Positions 26,538-41,114 are shown, counted from the first letter of the stretch. The stretch: 64,000 nucleotides of DNA from Paraphysomonas bandaiensis (GCA_965644295.1 CBFFRP010000041.1:288854-352853); one strand, 5' to 3'. The notes: generated from the letters alone by a model not told the origin. Program-made: numbers and translations.

Positions 26538-27627
26538 ATGTTGAAGAGAATATTTCAGTACCGGTCGATACTTTCCATTTTATGCCCCACTATTATATTT
26601 AAGACCGAAAAGTTTCGCTGTGACAATGACACCACAAGCTCATCTTGCAGCCGCTATAATTCCGTTATCTATATGCTACTGCCGGATAAGCAGAGAGAAC
26701 TGTGTTTGATGGAAGAAGGGTGCCACTTCGATCCTGATGAGTGGTTTCACCGATGTAAACCTCGGCATATGGAGAAAGTGCGCGATGAATCTGGTAGCAA
26801 TCTCGCCAAAGGGCAAGTCATCGTGGCTGAAAAAGAAACAGAGGGTGAGAAAAAGAAGTATGCTCTTTTGTTGGAGGATGATAGCAAGTCGCCTGTAGTG
26901 GCGATAGAGGTTATGATGAAGGAAAGCATAACTTCCTCAGTGGCTGATTCCATCGTGAAATCTCACGAAGCCGCTCACCAGGTCTCCAAGGCGCTCATAA
27001 TTGAACTACTTCAGAACGAAGAGAATGTTCACACACTGGGTATTATTCTTCGAAACTGCTTCAGCTCTGAGCCTGTACTTGGCCCAGTGCGATGGCTCTC
27101 GTACTACTATTTGCATACAGATGCCACTCTTGAAAATATTCTCTGGCAGCTGGAGTGGCAACGAAGCTGGTTTTTCAGAGGGCCCGGAAAGGTGAAGTGA
27201 CGGCGATTTTCACTGATTAGCTCACCAGCTGCAGGTTTATACTGAAGCTGAGCTCATGCGACTCTTCCTCTGGTGGTCACAGCAGGAGGGTTTCAGGCAG
27301 GTTGTCCATCCTCTTGTTGTATGGGCGCTGGAGCAGCAAGAGGCTGCAGTTGTTCCGGCCAGCGATGCCGCTGCTCAAGCTATAAAGTACAATGAGGCAA
27401 GCTGAATTTTATCGCCCTAAATTTGAGAGTAATCAATTGTACAGGGATATGCAGCTGAATGCTTCGTATGGTTGGCCGGCAACTATCTGAAATCGGAAGA
27501 GGCTAAGTATGTGTCTTGTCCTTGCCCTCGTGTCTCTTAATGTTTTCGCAGAGATGCTGTTAAGAGTGGAATCACCAAAATGCTTCAAAAACATCACTCT
27601 CCAGATCCACCGGACACAGTGAAGTAA
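26538..27627 (+). CDS. Uncharacterised protein, 4 exons (one GC-AG intron)
   Basis: The 220-aa first exon continues in frame through three short introns (including GC-AG 27397-27444) to ..HSPDPPDTVK*. Confidence 0.65.
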
Positions 27628-28844
27628 AATCAAGCACTCACTGAATTTTCTTCGAAGTGGGGCTTGGAAATCGTTAGTTTGTATAAATTATGCGTCTTCC
27701 GTTTAAAGCCTTTCAACACTCATATAATTTGAACTACTTAGTGCTTGTACACTTGTATATTTTTAGTATTTTAAATAATCAATGGGACGTTGTTCATATA
27801 TGTAGCAGTGGGGATGCTATTCAAACTGCTCTGAGTTTTAGAAAGCCTTATGATTTATCGCTTTTATTTCTTGAAACAGTACATAACGTATCATTTTCCT
27901 AAATCGTCATTATTCATAGAATAAGATATTGTGTAGTCAAAAAATTAATTAGACTTATTAATATCTCATATTAAGATATTGCTTTTGTGTTGATAATAAA
28001 TTAATCAACCTTGAAAGAAAAGTCTTGTAGAAAATCAATCACTGACTTGTTTCTTCATGTTGTGACAATTACACCTTTCATAAATGCAATACAGTATCTT
28101 CTATTGTCACATTTCACATTATATGAAAGGAAAGTTCTATAACATAGAGTAGAATTTATTGTCACATCTGCATAAAATTGAGGCTCACGTAAGTCAGCAG
28201 TGCTGCTGGATGACTTTTGATATTATTCGCTGGAGTTCTCCAGGTAACCCTTATTGAGCTACAGGCATTCAGTCACTGCTGTGTTTCCGTGAAAGTGTGC
28301 ACAATCCTTATTCTAACAACTAAATGATAGTGTTGCTGTATTTCACATTGGCTAATGTCATTTGATTTATAATGCTCTATAAGGGCTTTCCCCTTTCCAA
28401 TGAATTTCAACGGCAAGACAAGATCGCATGTATAATTGTCAGCGGAGCGAGAGGTAGCTAATATTCGGGTGCCATTGCAGCAGAATTGATGTCCGGAAAT
28501 CAGAATTTTTCTTTTTTTGTCAAGGACATTTCCGGATTTCTGCATTTCCTTCTGCTGCACATGCTGTACGGTATATCACGAATATATACAGTACAGATGA
28601 TGCAGCAGTATATGTGCGCAGCTGTAGCTAGAGTATCTTTTTTCCTGTAGGAGTGAAGGCCCAAAAAGAGCGCAAGCCTATAAGAGCAGCAGCTACGACT
28701 AACATGAACACGAATAAGCAGTACAATCAACAGCAGTCAGAAGTCGATGTACATACAACCACACTGATATCAAAATGAATCTAGGGTCGGAGTTACTCCA
28801 GTTGTATGGAATCGTATAGCTTCGTTTCGACCCATAGAGTGAGA

Positions 28845-31800
28845 ATGAATGTGATTATACAGCCGGCTATCACCATCGAATGGTTCAAAGAGAGATGTGC
28901 GACACTGGAACACAGCCTCTCTTCCGGTATGGTACCTATGACCTGTCTGTGATAGTGATTGAAAATCATTCAGATATGGTCGACCCCACTAGTCAGCTGA
29001 ATATGGTGAGGCACTGGCTGGACTGGACCCTGGTGTGGCTTTTTCTTATATGAATACTATCATTAATATGCATAACAGAGAAATAAGGAGTACAGAGAGT
29101 GCATTATTTACTTTTACGAAGTTTCACTACTTAGAATCGTTACTCTCTTACTGACAAGAAAATATCAGAATGTTGATTCTCACATCGCATGCGCAAAGGA
29201 GTTTGTCCTTGATGTTGCTACCTATTTAGGACATCAACTACTAGAGTACCATGAGGTATGTTTAAGTATTGTTCCAAGCATTCTGACACACTTTATAGTA
29301 TATTTCGGATCTGTTGATTGCTCTTTTCGACCCTAGGCAGCCATTCTATCTGGAGCATGGGTTCCCAAGGGTATGTGAATATGAGTGTAGATGACGTACT
29401 TTATAATGACCTGTATTTCCAGGGCGAGTTAAAAATGAGTAAGACAGGACCAATATTTTCAAACCATAATAATTGGCGAGAGGGCCTGGTAATGGGAGAT
29501 TGTGTGGACGGTCTGTCTCCCTGCGGCAAGTGGGAGTTAGTAGTCATTGACGGTGTATCCAAAGATGGAAGGGAGGTACACATCACCTGGTCATCTGGTG
29601 AATGTGAGTCGCTATCTGTAGACAACATTAACAGGATAGCTAAATATGGAACACGGACTGGCGTGGGTTTGCGAAAAGAACTCGCACAAACTATTTCTTC
29701 AACTTTCACTCCACAGGTCGAAAACGCTTCAATTACTTCGTGTATTGGAAGTGTGAAACAAGGGGATCTCATCGATGCTAAAGATAGGTCTGGCATCTGG
29801 TACCAGGCTTGTATAATGGAGACAAGAGAAGCAGAAATGGGTGAGTTGGAGACATATGAGAAGGTGGCTGCGAATACTGTAGATGATGAAGATGCCCGCG
29901 TTGATGTAGCAAAAATGAGACGTGAACTTTCCGCAAGTCCTGTTAAAGCCAAACAGTGCACCTCATCGTATACCGTCGGTCTCGTCGACAGTGAAGCAAT
30001 TCTTTATGAGCCCTACCTTCTACGGTCTTCTTTTTCTCCACAAAATAATGGAGGTAGTCATAATCTCGAGGGTATCCATTCTTGTTCCACTGAGGGAAAG
30101 AAGTGTTTTGCCAGAGTCGCTTTTCTGGGACAGCTGGAGCAGTCTGACGAGTGGATCGATCTTAGTGCGAATTCAGAGCGTGTAGCCCCGCTTAACACAT
30201 GCTCTGGTGGTGCCAGAGGGAGTAATGCCGTAAGAGAGGAGATCAAGCATGTAGCTCGTCTATGGAAAAAACGAATGACCTCTGTGCAACCGGATATGAG
30301 AGGCAATCCATGTTTTGCCTTCTCTTGTTGTCCCGCACTTGTATCACCTGTGGTTGCTGATGTAGTGCAGTGCTTCGGTGAAAGTGGGGGATTTTTAGGT
30401 TTGAGTATATTGTTGAAAAATCAGCAAGTGTCTCTAAAGTGCGCTCTTAAGCTTCTCATCAGTGTAGGTGGCACTGCAGAGGTCTTGTCTCACAAATTTT
30501 TGCTTGAAGTAGAGGCCAAGATATATACAAATGGAAATAAATCTCAACGCGAGAGTCTTTTTGATGTTTTCGTAAATGCTGGACGTGATTATCTTACAAT
30601 GCTAAATAAATCCCACTCCTACCTCAGATCGATAGACACTGACTTAATTGAGAAAGCTCTTCACGCCATGGAGAACATGATATTGACCACAGAACCGGAC
30701 CGTATGCGGTGTGCACAGCTACTTGACCCACTCCGGTACAGTGTTAGTTGCAGTTGTATACATTCTCCTTATCTTAGTAAGCGACTCGGCGGACTAAAGA
30801 TACTAGCTGATCTCGTGGAAAGAGCGGAGGCACAAGACTTGCACAAACCTGGCACTCTTATAGTCCGCTCTCCAGATCAGTCTTCATCGGTTTCACATAT
30901 TGAACTTTCAGGGCTGGAGAAGGTTACCTACACTGTTGTTAGACCGTGTGCATACAGTTCACAACAACTCTGCGAAGAAATTACTTCTATGAAAATTATT
31001 CCCTCCTTGTTCATAGGCGAAACCGCACACGAGGCACTCATGCAGCGAAGTACAGATATACTGCAGTTCATGGCACGGAACGGGTACTTTGGTAGAAACG
31101 AGGTGCTGATGCTGTGGGAAGTGGGATACGGTAGCAACATTAGTTCTGCGTTTCGATGTCTAGGAGACCTTGTATCGGTGACCCTTGATGCCTGTGCGCT
31201 ATCTGTCTTGGTAGCGGAGATAGACACGATTTCTAGCGATTTAGTTACGACTGCCATAACCAACATGCTTGCCGCGATTGCAATGCGGTGTCGCGATGAA
31301 CTAATGACGTTCTCTGTGGATGATAACGTTTCTAAATTTCGACAAAATTGGGATTCGAGATGTACGATGGATGAAACTGTGGCAAGAAAATTGCATAACA
31401 GTTGCCTTCTCATCTTGTGGAGATGGGCGAAGGAGAGAGCAGATTATCCTGACGATGTGTTCACCAGATGTGGAGTCATGATAGAAAAGATATTGGATCT
31501 AGGATGCAGGCATAAAGACGCAGCTGATGCCGGAAGAAGTTTCCCTTGGGCGATGCAGTGGAAACGATGTATTCCCATACTTACCCGTGCAATTACAGCT
31601 ATCAAAAATTGTGATGCAGTTGCTTTGGGTATGAAAACGATCCGAGCAGTCATAATATCATGGCTAAAGGATGAACTGAAAGGTTTTGGAGTATTTTACT
31701 CCGATATGTGTTTGCCTTTTGGTAGTCCGTATCAATCTAACTTTGTAGAATACCTGGAGAAAAAGTACTTTATTCTGAATTCCGTGGTCACAGCAGTACT

Positions 31801-34800
31801 GTACCTGAAACAGTACCTGGCCAATGCATCGCCAACGATTGGGAGGCAGGCTCACTGTGAAGAGACTTCTCGCAGTGATAATGAGACACTCACTGCACTC
31901 CATGATGTGACATTAGAACACTCGCGAGATAGCTGTATATCGCGTATGGACACCTGTTTTGATTTCATTATCTTCTTTCTGTGTTGTTCGCCTAATATTC
32001 ATATGGACTTTGACGCCATTGAAGAGATATGGCGTGTGACACTTCTTCAGGCTGATACACTTCAGGAACGAGACATGGTGTTCAGATTTCTCACGCAGTT
32101 GCTAATAAATAGAACTTTTCATCCTTCTTTAAATGGAGCTGCGCCGGATAGAGCGAAACGAACGGGTAGTTCTACCAGTATTGACCACCACTTGTACTTG
32201 TGTATGCCAGAGACTGTAAAGAGAATATTTCATGAGCTGCTCTGCAACGACGAATTTATATGTAGTGAGCATTTGAGTTATCTTGGACTCACTTGCATTG
32301 AGAGTTATTTCAAATGGATATGCTGTTACTATGGCCATATGACGGAGTTAAATGTACGTGTAGCTGAATATCTTAGATATGCTGCTTGAAAAGACGTATG
32401 CGTAGGATATGGATGATGACTTTGTACTGAATGTTTCTATTTCTGATTTTAACGAGTGGGAAGTATTTCCGAAGGTACGATGCTAGAGGCTTTCCTTTAT
32501 ATATACTAAATTTAGTTTGATACAATATCAGGTTGTAATGAACTGTCGCGATGACAAGGTAGCAAGTAGGGCAGTGAAATATGTCACATCTCTTCTTCAA
32601 CGACTGGCAGACAACCTGGTGCGTACTGGTAAATTGGAGATCGTGCGTCAAATGATACTAAGGAGATGCATGTGTGAGCTTGAGGAACTTGAAAATAAAG
32701 CAATGAGTGCTTCAGAGATGGCTTGTCAACTCGCAGAAGGAGATAAAAATAGGATTCATCGTACGATAATGTTTGTAAATGCTATACTGGATGAGTCAAT
32801 GGTGGATACAGGCTGTGGAGTGTATCCGCATTTTGGCCACGTAAGAGACACTACCCTTACTGTTCGCGTACAGAGCGAAGAGAATCATGTCAATACAGTC
32901 ACGATCAGTCCTAAAGACTCAGAGGTTGAATTTATGCATCGGGTGGCTGCTGCTGTTGATAAGAAGCTAGTTCATGTAAAGCTATTCCGGAGAGGTGTTG
33001 AAATGGTTATCGGGAGTTGTCGGCGCTCTGTTGCTCAAATGGGTCTGAGTTCAAATGAGACGATACTCGTGATAGAGCAGCCTGAGACTGCTTTATCGTT
33101 GGCGGCGACTTTAAATCTTCAGCCTTACCAATGTTCCCTTGAGTCACTCCCTGCAGTAGTTCTTTCCAACACACCAAAATACTTAGAACTTTTGTTTTCC
33201 TTATGTGATATCACAACGGACTCCCTTTGTGATGACCTTTGGGAACTCATCATGCGAATACCTACCTCTACAAGCATAATGCGACGTTGGTGGAACAAAA
33301 TGCCTACCTCATCGCTAACAGTAGACCTGTTTGGAATATATACCAATGACGAGGTTGTATCCGCTTCAAATAAAGATAAAAGCATATGTTTGAAAAGGAG
33401 CCTACCTCGGCTTCTGTACAATATGCAGATTGTCACCCTCATTTTGCATTCTGATCTCAATGGGTCGAATGGAGTGCCTGCGATTAATTTCGGCACAGAA
33501 GCGGAACTTTGTGAATGGGTAGCCGCTTTCCTCTCCATGCGTGGTATACAGGCTATAAAAGAGGCAATAAGATTCATAACCTCCCAGATGGAGCAGTATC
33601 TTGAAAAGGACAATAACTTCTCATGCTGTGGATTGACCCCTAAACTGCTACTTCACGCGAGTAGTCTTGCAACGAGGATGCTCCGTGGCATCATGGTAAG
33701 ACGTGCTGCCCGTTGCCAGGAAAACCTTGTAGATCAGCTTTTCCAATTTTTGAAGACTATAAGACTTAGCAGAAATGGTTTTACTGATGACACCAGCTCA
33801 CCTGCAAGCAGTGCTATTTCAAATTCAGATGAATGCAAAGTGGAAAACGACCTTAATCATATTACGTATGAGCTTGCTGCAGAGTGGGGGAGCAGAATAG
33901 ACTTATCTATAGACGATGATACTGAAGAACGGTTCGCCCTAACCAAGCTTTGTGATGTGCAACATCTTGTCTGCCGGATGCTTAGCATATTTATGAAGTT
34001 TAGTTTTCAGTCCATCTTTTACTTTGAAAACCCGGATGTAATCTCGCCGGTCAGGTCGCAGGTTACAAAAGCTGCACGAAAGGAATTTATAGACGCTATG
34101 TGTAACTGCTTTGCAATATGGGCATCTGCTATGGTACTCAGACCTGGTTTGGCGTATAATATTGTTTACAAGAAGAAGAAAGATGAAAACATTGACTTGA
34201 CGCTTGTGTCTAGCACCAGCGTGTTGGAATCTCTTTTGATGGGTTATCAGGATTTGTCGGTCGAACCAGATGATATAACAAAAAGGTCTTCCCTTGCGAT
34301 ACTGACAAGACCTGTGGCAGTGGAGGCAATAACCTCCATTGTACAGATTGCATGTTGTTTCGTTAAGGATGACATAGATAGGAACGATATCCACTATATC
34401 TTACCTGGAGTTCACCTCCTACGTACATTAATGCATTCAATACTTCACCTCAAACCATCAATATTTGCATCTGGGTCAAGAGAAAGTGTATCCAGGGTTC
34501 CCAAAGAGATGGAGTTTTCTGCTTATTCATTGTATGAGCTTGCGAATCGTCTAGTCTCAATAGCACCCTCCTCGGCTTTGGGACTATCTTCAGCGCAAAT
34601 TTTGGATATATGCGACGGTATCCTCTCCGAGCTCAGCGAAGCAATAAAAACTCTAAGTCGCATGAAACGACCCTGCAGTGAACTCTTCAATGTCCCGTTG
34701 GGGCTACGAGACATAAGTGGCGCTGTCGGTCTTCTGGTGAGCCTTGCCTCTGGTCAGCCCAGTGTTCTTGCTGCACTCTCCGAGAAAGGTGTTATTAGGT

Positions 34801-37800
34801 TTGTGATATTTTCTTGTGTTGGGATTGTTCCACGCCAGATACTAACTCTGAATACATTGTGTGATAATTCATACCGTCGGTACGTCATATTATGACATCA
34901 TAATAAGTTCATATATCCTTCTTCTAGCAGACAGTGCGTTTATGATATACTTCGGATGTACTTCACGGATGCACAGATTGTCCAGAACATAGCTGATATG
35001 TTGCACGATGCTCACTCTACATTGGCTGTGCCGCCAGAGTTTTCGTTCTGCCCAGAAAGCGACATACGATCAGACGCCGGATACGTAGGCCTAATGAACA
35101 TGGGATGTACTTGTTACATGAACAGGTATTTCTTTGTGTGAAGTATGTTCTTTCGTAACAAGTTAGTTGTTAGCCTTCTACAGATACTTTACATGATTCC
35201 TGATGTGCGACGAGGCATACTACTCTCCAAGACAACGGATAATGTGGAGGATAAGCGAGACAATCTGGTTTATCAACTTAAGCACATGTTTGAATTTTTA
35301 AGACATAGCTCACGTCGATCATTCAGTCCAGACGGCTGGTTGTACGCTTACAAGGATGATACTGGCGAGGCTCCCATTGATGTCTTAAACCAACAAGATG
35401 CCCAGGAATTTCTGCAGAAACTTTGTGAAAGGTTGGAGGGAGAACTGAGAATTATCAAAGGAGACCAATCTGTACCTCTTATGCAACATGCTTTTGGAGG
35501 CAAAATCTGCAACCAGATGTTCAAGGACGATGAGAAAGTATCTCCCTCTGACATACGAGAGAGAGAAGAGGAGTTTGTATGTATATCACTTGATGTGAGA
35601 GGCGTAACCGGGTTGGAGAAAAGTTTAGACAAGTTTGTCTCTGGAGAAACGATACCAGATTTTCTTTGGGATGAGAGTAAGCCGCGGGTTAGAATTATTA
35701 AGAGGCAGTGTCTAAGTGAGCTATCAGATAGTGTTATATTTCATTTGAAAAGGTTTGAAATCAATTTTGATACATTTCAGCGAGAGAAAGTAAATGATGT
35801 CTTCCCCTTTCCTTCTTGCTTGAATCTTTTTCCGTATAGCAAGGAGGGACTCGCGGGTGTGGCTGAATACGAATCTGAGAGACCAAAAGACTATTATCAC
35901 TATGAGCTCAAGGCAGTTGTGGTACACTCGGGTACAGCCGACTCGGGGCATTACTTTTCTTATGTACGGGAAGATGCAATTGATACAAAGGAAAGACAAT
36001 GGAAGGACGCTCAAGTGTTAGGTAATCTGCCAGAGTCAAATGCTGTTTTGGAGCGGCGCTGGATACAATTTGATGATTCCAGAGTAAGTGTTTGCACCGA
36101 TAAACACTTTCTGATGGAGTGTTTCGGAGGACTAAGCACTCAACATGATCAAGACGATGTGAGCAGTACAAATTCGAGAAGCGCTTACATGCTTGTGTAC
36201 TCCCGTGTAAGACCCGACCCTACAGATGGTATTTCTCACGGAGATCCAATTTTTATTCCTTCTATGGCAGTGGTTCAAGATAATCAGATGCGTCTCCTTT
36301 CGCGCCGTGTCTACTGTCCTGCCCATATGGAATTCATAGGGGATCTCTACGATAAACTACTTGACATAGACATCCGACATGTACAATCGGAAGACGTTAA
36401 AAATAAAATCCTGTGCAATGTCAGGAGATTTCTTTACTTTATCACCAATTTCACGGCTAGATCTTCACGTAGGAGTACCATTAATCTGTTTGAACGTGGA
36501 TGCCAAAGAATTGTCATGGTACTGGAACTGTTAAATTCGTCGTCGATAAGAGTTAATGCGAAAGCATGCCCTGACAATTCCATTTCGATTCCAGGGGCGG
36601 GTATGTCGATGAATGCCACTGCTTTTTGCGTGGATATATGTAAAACAGTACTTCATGGCTTACTGGCTGATGGTGGCCAAATAACTCAATCGCTGCTGTT
36701 TGCACCGGAAAAAACAGTTCGAATGAGTTTTGCACGATTGGTATGCTGTACAGTGACTATTTTGTTGGACAATGACCCAGTGACAACTCACAGTGTAACG
36801 AGAGTTACAGATACTATAGTCAAGACAGACGTAATGATGCCATTCTGCACATCAGGTATACCTATGATTGCGACTAACTGGGCAATGAACCGGGAAACTG
36901 ACGTGAGGAATCGCAGAGACCATTCACATATATGTCTGTCGCTGCTGTTATTTCTTTCCTGCAATAGTATTTTCCAGAACATGGCGACGCAGTGGCGTCA
37001 GGCGGACGCCTTTACTTGGGTCCTATCCTCCCTGTCATCTCACTTATCACTTCGGGCATTTTTTATCAAGAGGGAGGTGGTCATGCAGCTTGTTGATTTA
37101 TTTTTAGCAGATTCTAGCCCGCTTTGTGGTGTAGTATATCCCTATGGTACACGCAATATGCCTCCCACCAGTTTCGTGCCCCTTGTACATGACAGGGACG
37201 GCGAGCTCCCCTCAAACGCCCATTGTACGCCAGATTGGTCCTACCTTTTGGAAACCTTAGCCAATCTGGTGTGTTCTGCGTGCAACAACTCCATGTTAGC
37301 CGCTTGTGGAACTCCTTCTACCCTAGAAGTAAATCCAAAGGAAGCATCGGTGTTAGATCCTTTCAGTCAGAAATGTGCACAGAGTAGAGTTCTCATTACT
37401 CATGCCTTAAAGCAGGCAAGGTATTGTCGTGATATTAACCGAATCATAGCACACCAGCTCTACAATGATCTATCCTACACGAATGAAATAGCAGACGTGC
37501 TAGTGAAAAGCATATCGTGTGCAACCGATAATGCGACAGCTCATCTGTTCCGCAGTTTAGAGGTGTTTTTATCGGTGGAAGATAAATACCAAAGCCATCG
37601 GGCAATTCAAATTTTAGACGGATCCAGTGGTATGCTTATCCTTATGCAGAAAAACGGCATCAACCAACCCACTTTTGCGTGTGTACTCATTCACTCTCTC
37701 TTCACCATTGCCCTTCGTTTACGCCCATTACGTACCTCCTTATCAAGGACGAGAGAAAAACTGTACGAGTGGGCTCCATGGGTACTCAAATTCTGCTTCC

Positions 37801-38054
37801 AGTTCACTGAAAAACTACGTCACAAGGATCTCGCATTGAAATTGTTTGACCAGGCTAGCGTGTCGAGTGTATGCATGTCTTCCGAAAGTGTGGGGTCTTA
37901 TATTGAGGTACACGGAGAGTCTGAGGACCAGCGAACAAGTTCTTGGATAAACCGAGCCGAGAGAACGTTTCTGCTTGTGCAAAAGGTACTTGAGACCATG
38001 GGGGAGGTGCCTGATAATCTCATACCTCCTGATGCTTTTGAGGAGAGCTATTAG
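28845..38054 (+). CDS. Giant ubiquitin-specific protease (USP9/24/34-like, peptidase C19), multi-exon
   Basis: Cys box GLMNMGCTCYMN|S (split by an intron), QQDAQEF, FHLKRF, YELKAVVVHSGTADSGHYFSY, WIQFDD; long helical N-terminal region with a ubiquitin-like segment. The start exon is inferred. Confidence 0.88.
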
Positions 38055-38444
38055 GTATATGGTGCTACTAAATTGAATGATGATCGGTCAATCGTTGCCC
38101 CCACCCCCACCTGCCTGTGGCCGACGAGACCATGACGGATTCCTCAAATGAAGAAGAGTAGTATATGATTATATGAAGGCGAATTATTGCATTCCATTTA
38201 GATGTGAAGAGGTGTACTAGTATTGTATAGGCTGCAGAAAGCATGTATATGTATAGAAGATCATCTGGTCTTCTTAGGGCTTAGGTTCCATTGAACACCT
38301 ATCGATTTATTTTAGAGTGAGTTACGTTTATCAAAGTAAATGTCGTATCGTAAATGACGTAGCAACCATAACATGTAAAAATATAAAATGGTCACAGAGT
38401 TTTGCTTCTACTGAGCACTATATTCCTGCTTCAATATCCGCCAC

Positions 38445-39100
38445 CATATGTCTGTCCCAAGGGATGGTTGCACCAAGGTGCTTGCAGCAATGCACAAGCA
38501 GTCCCGAGACAACTCAGTTTTTAGCAACTTTGATACCACTAGTCTAAAGTCGTAGATAGCTAAAAACAAAGTAGTTCTCTCATGTAATAATCAGATCTTT
38601 TATATATATGTCTGTCCCGATTGACGTAAAAACGATGATAAATAAGCAGCCTCTCTATCCCCCAATCGATTTCTTATGTGATAATTAGATATTATTTGCT
38701 TTATATTTTATATATTATTAATAAATGCTTTAAGTATGAACAGTGAACAGTTGTAGCCAAAGTGCCTGTAGTGAATATCTTATTATTAGCGATAGGGGTT
38801 TGAGCGTTTGAGGGTCAGAACATTTCTAACTAGTGATTGACTCTGATATCCTATTATTCAACGCTACGAAAGCTGCGTGTGCGTCACCGCACACCAAGGT
38901 ACAACCACTTTTGCTCTATTACTATTATATGGTAGATGTTGCTTCCAAGGGATGGTTGCACCAAGGTGCTTGCAGCAATGCACAAGCAGTCCCGAGACAA
39001 CTGAGCATTTCGTAATCTGTGTTACCACTAGTCTAGAGTAATAGATAGATAAATGCAATAAGTTCTCTCATGTAATAATCAGATCTTCATATATAGATGT
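38445..39100 (+). repeat. Local direct duplication (~165 bp; about 38445-38610 and 38940-39100)
   Basis: CCAAGGGATGGTTGCACCAAGGTGCTTGCAGCAATGCACAAGCAGTCCCGAGACAACT..AGTTCTCTCATGTAATAATCAGATCTT occurs twice. Confidence 0.85.
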
Positions 39101-39495
39101 TGCTTAGTGCATCTAGCTACTAAATTGGTGCTGATTCTCAAATGCCTATTGCTAATAAACAGACATTCAATACTCAAAGTAAACGCAGTGAGCAAGCAGA
39201 ATGCTGATATACCTGACATCTGCTGACTTCAGGATTATTGAGTCCTTAAGAAGGTGAACAGCCCGGATGCTTGACTTCAGCAGGCAGCCCAATACCCCGG
39301 ATGCCCTTGAGATGGACCCATTCCCAGATGCCTGTATATTCGTCAAGGTCCAAAGATTCCTACATAGCTAAGTGACACTTATATTAGTGGTGTTCTGGGG
39401 GATACGAACCCGAAATATTTTTCGGGAAACTTACACGAGATGCATATTCATAGCCAAATGCTTGTGTGGTACAAGGTCTAAGGGACACAAATATC
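38770..39495. repeat. Main copy of a modular dispersed repeat family
   Basis: Shares modules with 4945-4985, 11895-11920, 43313-43628, ~50365-50420 and 51160-51400; contains an inverted pair of the TTATTAGCRATAGG module. Confidence 0.7.
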
Positions 39496-39582
39496 GTTAT
39501 CGTTTTACCTGCTTACTATATACGCATCTCGTGTTAGATCTTACAAGAACCCACAACATATTCTTAATGTTCTCATTCATCG

Positions 39583-39688
39583 AGCTTGTTGTGTTTATAT
39601 TAAGCTTCATTATCATCACCATCACCTTCTATGATAGCTTGTTGTGTTTATATTAAGCTTCATTATCATCACCATCACCTTCTATGAT
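39583..39688 (+). repeat. Exact 53-bp tandem duplication
   Basis: AGCTTGTTGTGTTTATATTAAGCTTCATTATCATCACCATCACCTTCTATGAT x2. Confidence 0.95.
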
Positions 39689-41114
39689 AATATGTACTCT
39701 CCGTTCACCCTCTGGAGACTGAAGCCTTCTTTCCAGCTCCTCAAACTTGAGTGATTGTTGGAAATGCGTCCTAAGTGTAACTACGTTTTCCTCTTCGAAG
39801 TTATCCATCGTGATAACTGTCCCTAATTATACACCATGAATAGTAATGAGAGTATACTGTCCGATTTTTTACAAGCAAACATTTTCAATGACCTATTAAC
39901 CTCACCGCCGATCACAACACCACGAAGCCCATTCTTAATTTTAATTTTTAGGCTGGGCCCATTCTTAAACAATACACATGAAACTATCTCTTATCTTTAT
40001 TGTGATAGCAGCTATAGTATCTCACGAAAGAAAGAGTTAGTATCTCGCCTTAAAAGTATGAGCAGTTGGTGTAATATACTTTTAAGGCGAGACCCGGCCT
40101 AACATCATACCCTGGCGGGGAATATTCGTCCCCTCCTTTATATTTTTCGAGTCAAGATGCACAGCTCATATCACCCGGATGAGTTTCCGCGGAGGGTATG
40201 AGTGGCTCCGAACAACTACCTCCAGAATTTAATGCGTCGCCAGCACGTTTCAGCGGCACTGTCGCAACAGCACTACAGAGAGACACACCTTCTTAGTCAC
40301 CGACCTGACCGTTACGACGATTCATCAGGAACAAAAACCTGAGCCACATTTCACTTATATATACAGATCCGCTGCTATTCTGTGGTCCGCTGGGTCTGTC
40401 ACTGTGAGAGCACTGGCTGCGGTTGACGCCATACAGGTGAGAACGTGTGATACGAGCAGACGCATAGATAAATGCTCAGCAGCACCAGTTCAGTGGACTG
40501 ACGACCACCGGCTCTATACATTAATAGCATAACATCTTGCTCGTATCTCACTCATCAGTCAGTCGACTCCTCATTGATGCTCTACAGCGGCCACGGGCAT
40601 ACAACACCATACAGTGATTTTAATATAAATACTGCCACTTTTATGCTAAAAACCTACAGTCCTTATCGCGAGGACCCTTATCGCGAGTGCGCACAGAAAA
40701 CCAGAAAACCCCTTTTTTTAACACACGCCAAAATCCTTACCATAAACTTTGTCTAGGAATTCCTACGACTGCTGCGAAGTACTGTTTCGTAGTAATGAAA
40801 CCATGCCTTAAAAAATACCGATTTTTATGGTCATTACGAATATCAGTTGTAGGGAAGGGTACTACATCCCCCATATGGTCTGACGTTGAAGAAAGCTGAC
40901 GGTCGGTACGCACGCATATCTGTGCGTGACGTTGGTGGAGTCTGTATACACTGGCAGGTATACACTGGTAGGTATCCACTCCAACACTGTCGTCGTATGT
41001 GGGACTGCACTTCATAGATAGGCATCTACTCACAACTACTAGCCAGAACACAGCCGCTTTCTATTGTTATGGAGAGATAATTACTGATAGTGTGTTTGCT
41101 GCCAGTCTTTAATC

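Noticed and set aside
38778-39031. Helitron-like element (A|TC...CTAG|T)
   Set aside because: Similarity between the duplicated copies continues past the CTAG, and the shared motif extends upstream of the TC, so these are not true termini.
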